A DNA stretch of 64,000 bases, from contig JAXLTZ010000016.1 of NCBI GenBank assembly GCA_046329785.1, positions 599 through 64,598 of the forward strand. Reading direction: 5' to 3'. The notes below the pieces were generated by a model. The model worked only from the letters and a program-made list of their open reading frames with translations, was not told the DNA's origin and ran no database searches. How positions within the stretch are numbered: the first letter of the stretch is position 1; every line of letters begins with the position of its first letter. Source of the stretch: Chitinophagales bacterium. Its GTDB lineage: Bacteria > Bacteroidota > Bacteroidia > Chitinophagales > JADIYW01. Shown in pieces: positions 60,908 to 64,000 of this stretch. The translations under genes were made by a program, and so were the position numbers.

Positions 60908-62413
60908 ATGGGAGCATCTAATTTAGTTAGCAGCCCAGTGTCAACAACACTGACAGGCAGCAACTATCCAAATAACGCAACAGTAACTGGTCAATATACA
61001 ACCAGCTTTAAGCGCCGCGATCTATATTCCGTTTCACAGGAATTAGGCGCAGCAGGTCTTACATTAAGACGAAAGATCAACAAAGAAATTTGTGATAAAT
61101 ACGGCGACTACACCAACTCATGTTTAACCGAATTATTGGAACAAATGGGTAGAACATTGACTTCAAAATCCTTCAAAGAAGGACATTTGGAATCTGGTCG
61201 CCTTATCCGAAACGTGTTCTTAGTAGCACACGCAGCAGGTGCAACAGGCGCGGCTGTTGCTGTGACTGTTGCTGCAGCATCACATACAGGAACAAATTCA
61301 CTACCAAAGGTTGGTGATATTATGCAGATAGCACCAGGCGGTGTGTTTGTGCAAGTAGTTGGTAAAGATACCGGAAGTGCAAGCATTAACCGACCAGGTG
61401 TTGATACAACAGGTGCGGTATTAGTACCAGGTGCATTAGGTGGAACATCGACAGCGCATGTATTGGTGTTAAAGCCATGGATTTCTACAACGAATATTCC
61501 GGCGATCACTTCTACTACACAATTGATCTGGCACACTACTCAGGTAGGTGAAGCATCTTGTCCGGTAGATGGAAACAAAACATCGGATGAATTGTACGAA
61601 TACGGATATAGTATTGTTCGTGCTGGTTACGAAGTAACATCTGAAGCAGGAAACATAGAAGTATCATGCGAATTAGGCGGTGTTTATCCAACGGATATTT
61701 ACGCAAACCGCGATGTTGCATTACAGGAATTATTGTTTGAAAAAGCAATCGAGAACCAGATTATTTTCGTTCCGAAATCAGACGATACTACTGATTATAA
61801 ACAATCAAACGGTGTAATTCCGCAGATTCAAAATAACGGTGGTTATACGCACACTTATACAACTTGGGCGTTCAACGACTTCAAAGTGATCGCGAAGTAT
61901 TTATATAATAACGGTGGTGTCAAAAAATACTTAGTGAAAGGCGCCTATGATTTGATTCGTCAAATTCAAAGTGACCTTGCGGCGAACAACCATCCGTTAA
62001 TTCCGAAAGTACAAATCTCCATTGGCAGTGGTCAAATGGTGAAAGATGTAGCTATCAACATGGAATTTGATTGTGTGAAATTCGCAGGCGTTGAGTTCTA
62101 TTTCCAAACATGGGATTGCTTCTCAGACAACGACGGTCGCGGCGCGCTGTATGGTGGTGATGCGATCTTCATGCCGCTTGACAGCACTTATGTGCAAGAT
62201 TCTGTTACCAAAAAATCTGTAAACAAAGGCAAACTTGAAGTTTATTTCAGATCGGATAACAGCGCAGTTGGCGGAAAAAGAGACAAAAATAATACCTGGA
62301 TGATTGACGCGTCAAAAGTAACAGGTTGTATGTACGACAGTTGGCATGGTTTAGCAGAATTGTGTGTGGAAATGATGTGTGCAAACCAATGGGTGTACGT
62401 TAAAAAAGTTTAA
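60908..62413 (+). CDS. Major capsid protein candidate
   Basis: 501-aa ORF after the scaffold candidate. It uses relatively GC-rich codons, typical of highly expressed genes. I recognise no motif. Confidence 0.5.
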   Translation: MGASNLVSSPVSTTLTGSNYPNNATVTGQYTTSFKRRDLYSVSQELGAAGLTLRRKINKEICDKYGDYTNSCLTELLEQMGRTLTSKSFKEGHLESGRLIRNVFLVAHAAGATGAAVAVTVAAASHTGTNSLPKVGDIMQIAPGGVFVQVVGKDTGSASINRPGVDTTGAVLVPGALGGTSTAHVLVLKPWISTTNIPAITSTTQLIWHTTQVGEASCPVDGNKTSDELYEYGYSIVRAGYEVTSEAGNIEVSCELGGVYPTDIYANRDVALQELLFEKAIENQIIFVPKSDDTTDYKQSNGVIPQIQNNGGYTHTYTTWAFNDFKVIAKYLYNNGGVKKYLVKGAYDLIRQIQSDLAANNHPLIPKVQISIGSGQMVKDVAINMEFDCVKFAGVEFYFQTWDCFSDNDGRGALYGGDAIFMPLDSTYVQDSVTKKSVNKGKLEVYFRSDNSAVGGKRDKNNTWMIDASKVTGCMYDSWHGLAELCVEMMCANQWVYVKKV

Positions 62414-62427
62414 CCAAAGATAATTAT

Positions 62428-63348
62428 ATGGCTTTCACGTATTTAACAACAGGAAAAGACAATGACATAACTAAAACTGTAGAGTTTTATGTTAACAACC
62501 CAACTATACCGGCGCAATTTAAAATTGCGTCCGGTGTATTGGAAAAAGCACCGACAAATAATATGTCTAAGAACGCGGTGGTAAATCCAACTGGCATTTC
62601 GGCAAAAACACATTTGAACATAAATGGTGACTACACGTTAACGGCACTTTACAGAGGAGAAGATTTATTTAAAGAGAAACCGAATGTATTTACCAAAGAA
62701 GGTAATTTACAGCCAAATATCGAACTGGATCCGATTATTTTCGTCAATGGATTTTTGAATATTTTCGCGCCAGCGAACGACCTTTTAGCGCTTCGCAAAA
62801 TTGAATACCTATTGTATTTGGATAAATACTATCCGCAAACAAACAATGGTGTTCGATTAGTTGAGCATACTAAACCGGAAGATGCAGTGACAACAACAGG
62901 ACTTGATGTATTTAAATACAAAGATTTAGTTGATAAAATCGCTACTTCTGAACTTGGTACTAAAATGTTGATTGACAAAGCAATGCTTTTCAATGAAGCT
63001 GCAACAGTGATCTATGAAACATCAGGCATCGATAAGATCAAAGAAATCTTACAACATGCGATGCTTCAAAATCTATCTGATTTTGCGAAAAAATTTGATT
63101 CCAGTGCCACACAAAAAGAATTGATTAAAAAAGCTATCGAAAAGAAAGTGTTAGACTACAACAAGAAAACAGATAGTTATCAATTTAAGGACCAGGATGG
63201 CGCGTTTATAGAAAACGAAATTATTTTCTCAATAAAAGAATCCGATACCATAGTTAGAGATTTGCTTTTTGCTGAATTTCTTGTGAAAGAAACTGAAAAA
63301 TTCACAAAAATTAAATTAATCCTACAAAATGTCAAATCCAAATCTTAA
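62428..63348 (+). CDS. Hypothetical head-module protein
   Basis: 306-aa ORF in the head gene train. Confidence 0.55.
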   Translation: MAFTYLTTGKDNDITKTVEFYVNNPTIPAQFKIASGVLEKAPTNNMSKNAVVNPTGISAKTHLNINGDYTLTALYRGEDLFKEKPNVFTKEGNLQPNIELDPIIFVNGFLNIFAPANDLLALRKIEYLLYLDKYYPQTNNGVRLVEHTKPEDAVTTTGLDVFKYKDLVDKIATSELGTKMLIDKAMLFNEAATVIYETSGIDKIKEILQHAMLQNLSDFAKKFDSSATQKELIKKAIEKKVLDYNKKTDSYQFKDQDGAFIENEIIFSIKESDTIVRDLLFAEFLVKETEKFTKIKLILQNVKSKS

Positions 63349-64000
63349 TGTAAGGTTTTATATTGATAAGACCATACCTGAAATAAGAGTTGTTGATTCT
63401 ACAAATTATACTTCGCTCGGAATTACGCCGAGCCAAGTATATATTTCTTTAGAATTGCAGACACCAGCCGGACTATTGTATATCAATCCGACATACAATA
63501 CACCAATGACTGCGCCAAACCTAACAGGTAGCACACATACATTCAGTTATGCACTGCCACTTGTTGATGGTGAATTGATAAAAGGCACTTATAGTGTCAA
63601 GGCAAAACTATTTATAAATTCATCACCAACTACTCAGGTATATGATTATGAATGGAAACAAGACATTGACTTTGGTTGCAAGAAAATATCAATCGAACAT
63701 TTGATTGATTGTTTTTGCGCGAAATTTACTTCCATAGACAGAACCAGCTATGTTGGCTCTACACAAATCACATATAGTCATGTAATTAATTATCCATCAG
63801 AAACAAATACTGCGGATGTTACAACTGTTCTTTTAAGTTGGACAGATAATAAACTGGCTAACGGTACCTATGTATCAGAGGTAACTACAAAAAGAGAATG
63901 GGCGTATGGCAATAATTTCTCGGTGATCGCACAGATATCCGGAAGAAAAGACATTAAGGTGAAATGCGAAGATGCATGTGAAATAAAATGCGCATTTAAT
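63329..64000 (+). CDS. Hypothetical virion-module protein, 3'-truncated by the window edge
   Basis: The ATG at 63329 (MSNPNLNVRFYIDKTIPEIRVVDSTNY...) stays open for 224 codons to nt 64000. It is absent from the ORF track because no stop is reached. Confidence 0.6.
   Translation, partial: MSNPNLNVRFYIDKTIPEIRVVDSTNYTSLGITPSQVYISLELQTPAGLLYINPTYNTPMTAPNLTGSTHTFSYALPLVDGELIKGTYSVKAKLFINSSPTTQVYDYEWKQDIDFGCKKISIEHLIDCFCAKFTSIDRTSYVGSTQITYSHVINYPSETNTADVTTVLLSWTDNKLANGTYVSEVTTKREWAYGNNFSVIAQISGRKDIKVKCEDACEIKCAFN

Noticed and set aside
1-64000. I looked for CRISPR arrays, a reverse transcriptase (DGR or retron), Cas, TnpB or restriction-endonuclease genes, and rRNA.
   Set aside because: There are no spaced direct-repeat arrays, no YxDD-type RT motif in any ORF of 60 aa or more, and no nuclease partner next to the methyltransferases. 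The only RNA-gene-like sequence is the aberrant tRNA-like element.

Overview
The whole 64-kb window reads as a densely packed, AT-rich tailed dsDNA phage genome segment (about one-third G+C by eye, not computed). No host housekeeping genes are visible. The host is most likely a Bacteroidota: there are no Shine-Dalgarno sequences, the -7 boxes are TAnnTTTG-type, and there is a DUF4373-type replication protein, a BspA-type LRR protein and a CarboxypepD_reg-like fold.

All functional calls rest on motifs I recognise in the translated ORFs and on gene order. No database search was run.

Layout:
- 1-3.4 kb: a large fibre-like gene cut by the left window edge.
- 3.4-5.2 kb: a leftward accessory island with a lipoprotein, an interrupted small gene, a KTSC protein and RusA.
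- 5.3-15.4 kb: rightward virion genes, including a 2625-aa giant protein with an HExxH zincin motif.
- 15.6-20.5 kb: small terminase candidate, large terminase, portal candidate.
- 20.5-21.2 kb: a second leftward island with two HTH regulators.
- 21.3-24.4 kb: fibre-like gene, then a holin / u-spanin / muramidase lysis cassette.
- 24.4-54.1 kb: a roughly 30-kb leftward early/replication block. It holds DnaB, a DUF4373 protein, RecT, a Rad50/SbcC-like ATPase, an MBL hydrolase, two HNH nucleases, four DNA methyltransferases, YopX, DUF1643, DUF3850, an LRR protein, an ArsR regulator, an IS1595-type transposase homologue, a tRNA-like element and two membrane proteins.
- 54.1-58.7 kb: a rightward block with a RepL-like wHTH gene, an 820-bp repeat-rich non-coding region and a tyrosine recombinase.
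- 58.7-64 kb: two leftward GroES-like genes, then rightward scaffold and major-capsid candidates running off the right edge.

Most interesting observations:
1. A 759-aa C5-cytosine methyltransferase has eight tandem TRD-like modules.
2. The 54.8-55.6 kb non-coding region carries a perfect 11-6-11 recombinase-type site, evenly spaced iterons and two GC-rich islands, next to RepL-like and integrase genes.
3. A tRNA-like element has canonical acceptor, D and T arms but about 51 nt inserted where the anticodon loop should be.
4. Two small genes are disrupted in ways the ORF track hides: one by an in-frame TAA, one by a +1 frameshift.
5. A 40-bp element is perfectly duplicated at two divergent promoter regions.
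6. A pair of early membrane proteins of unknown function may be an exclusion module.

I found no CRISPR array, reverse transcriptase, restriction endonuclease or complete known defence system.
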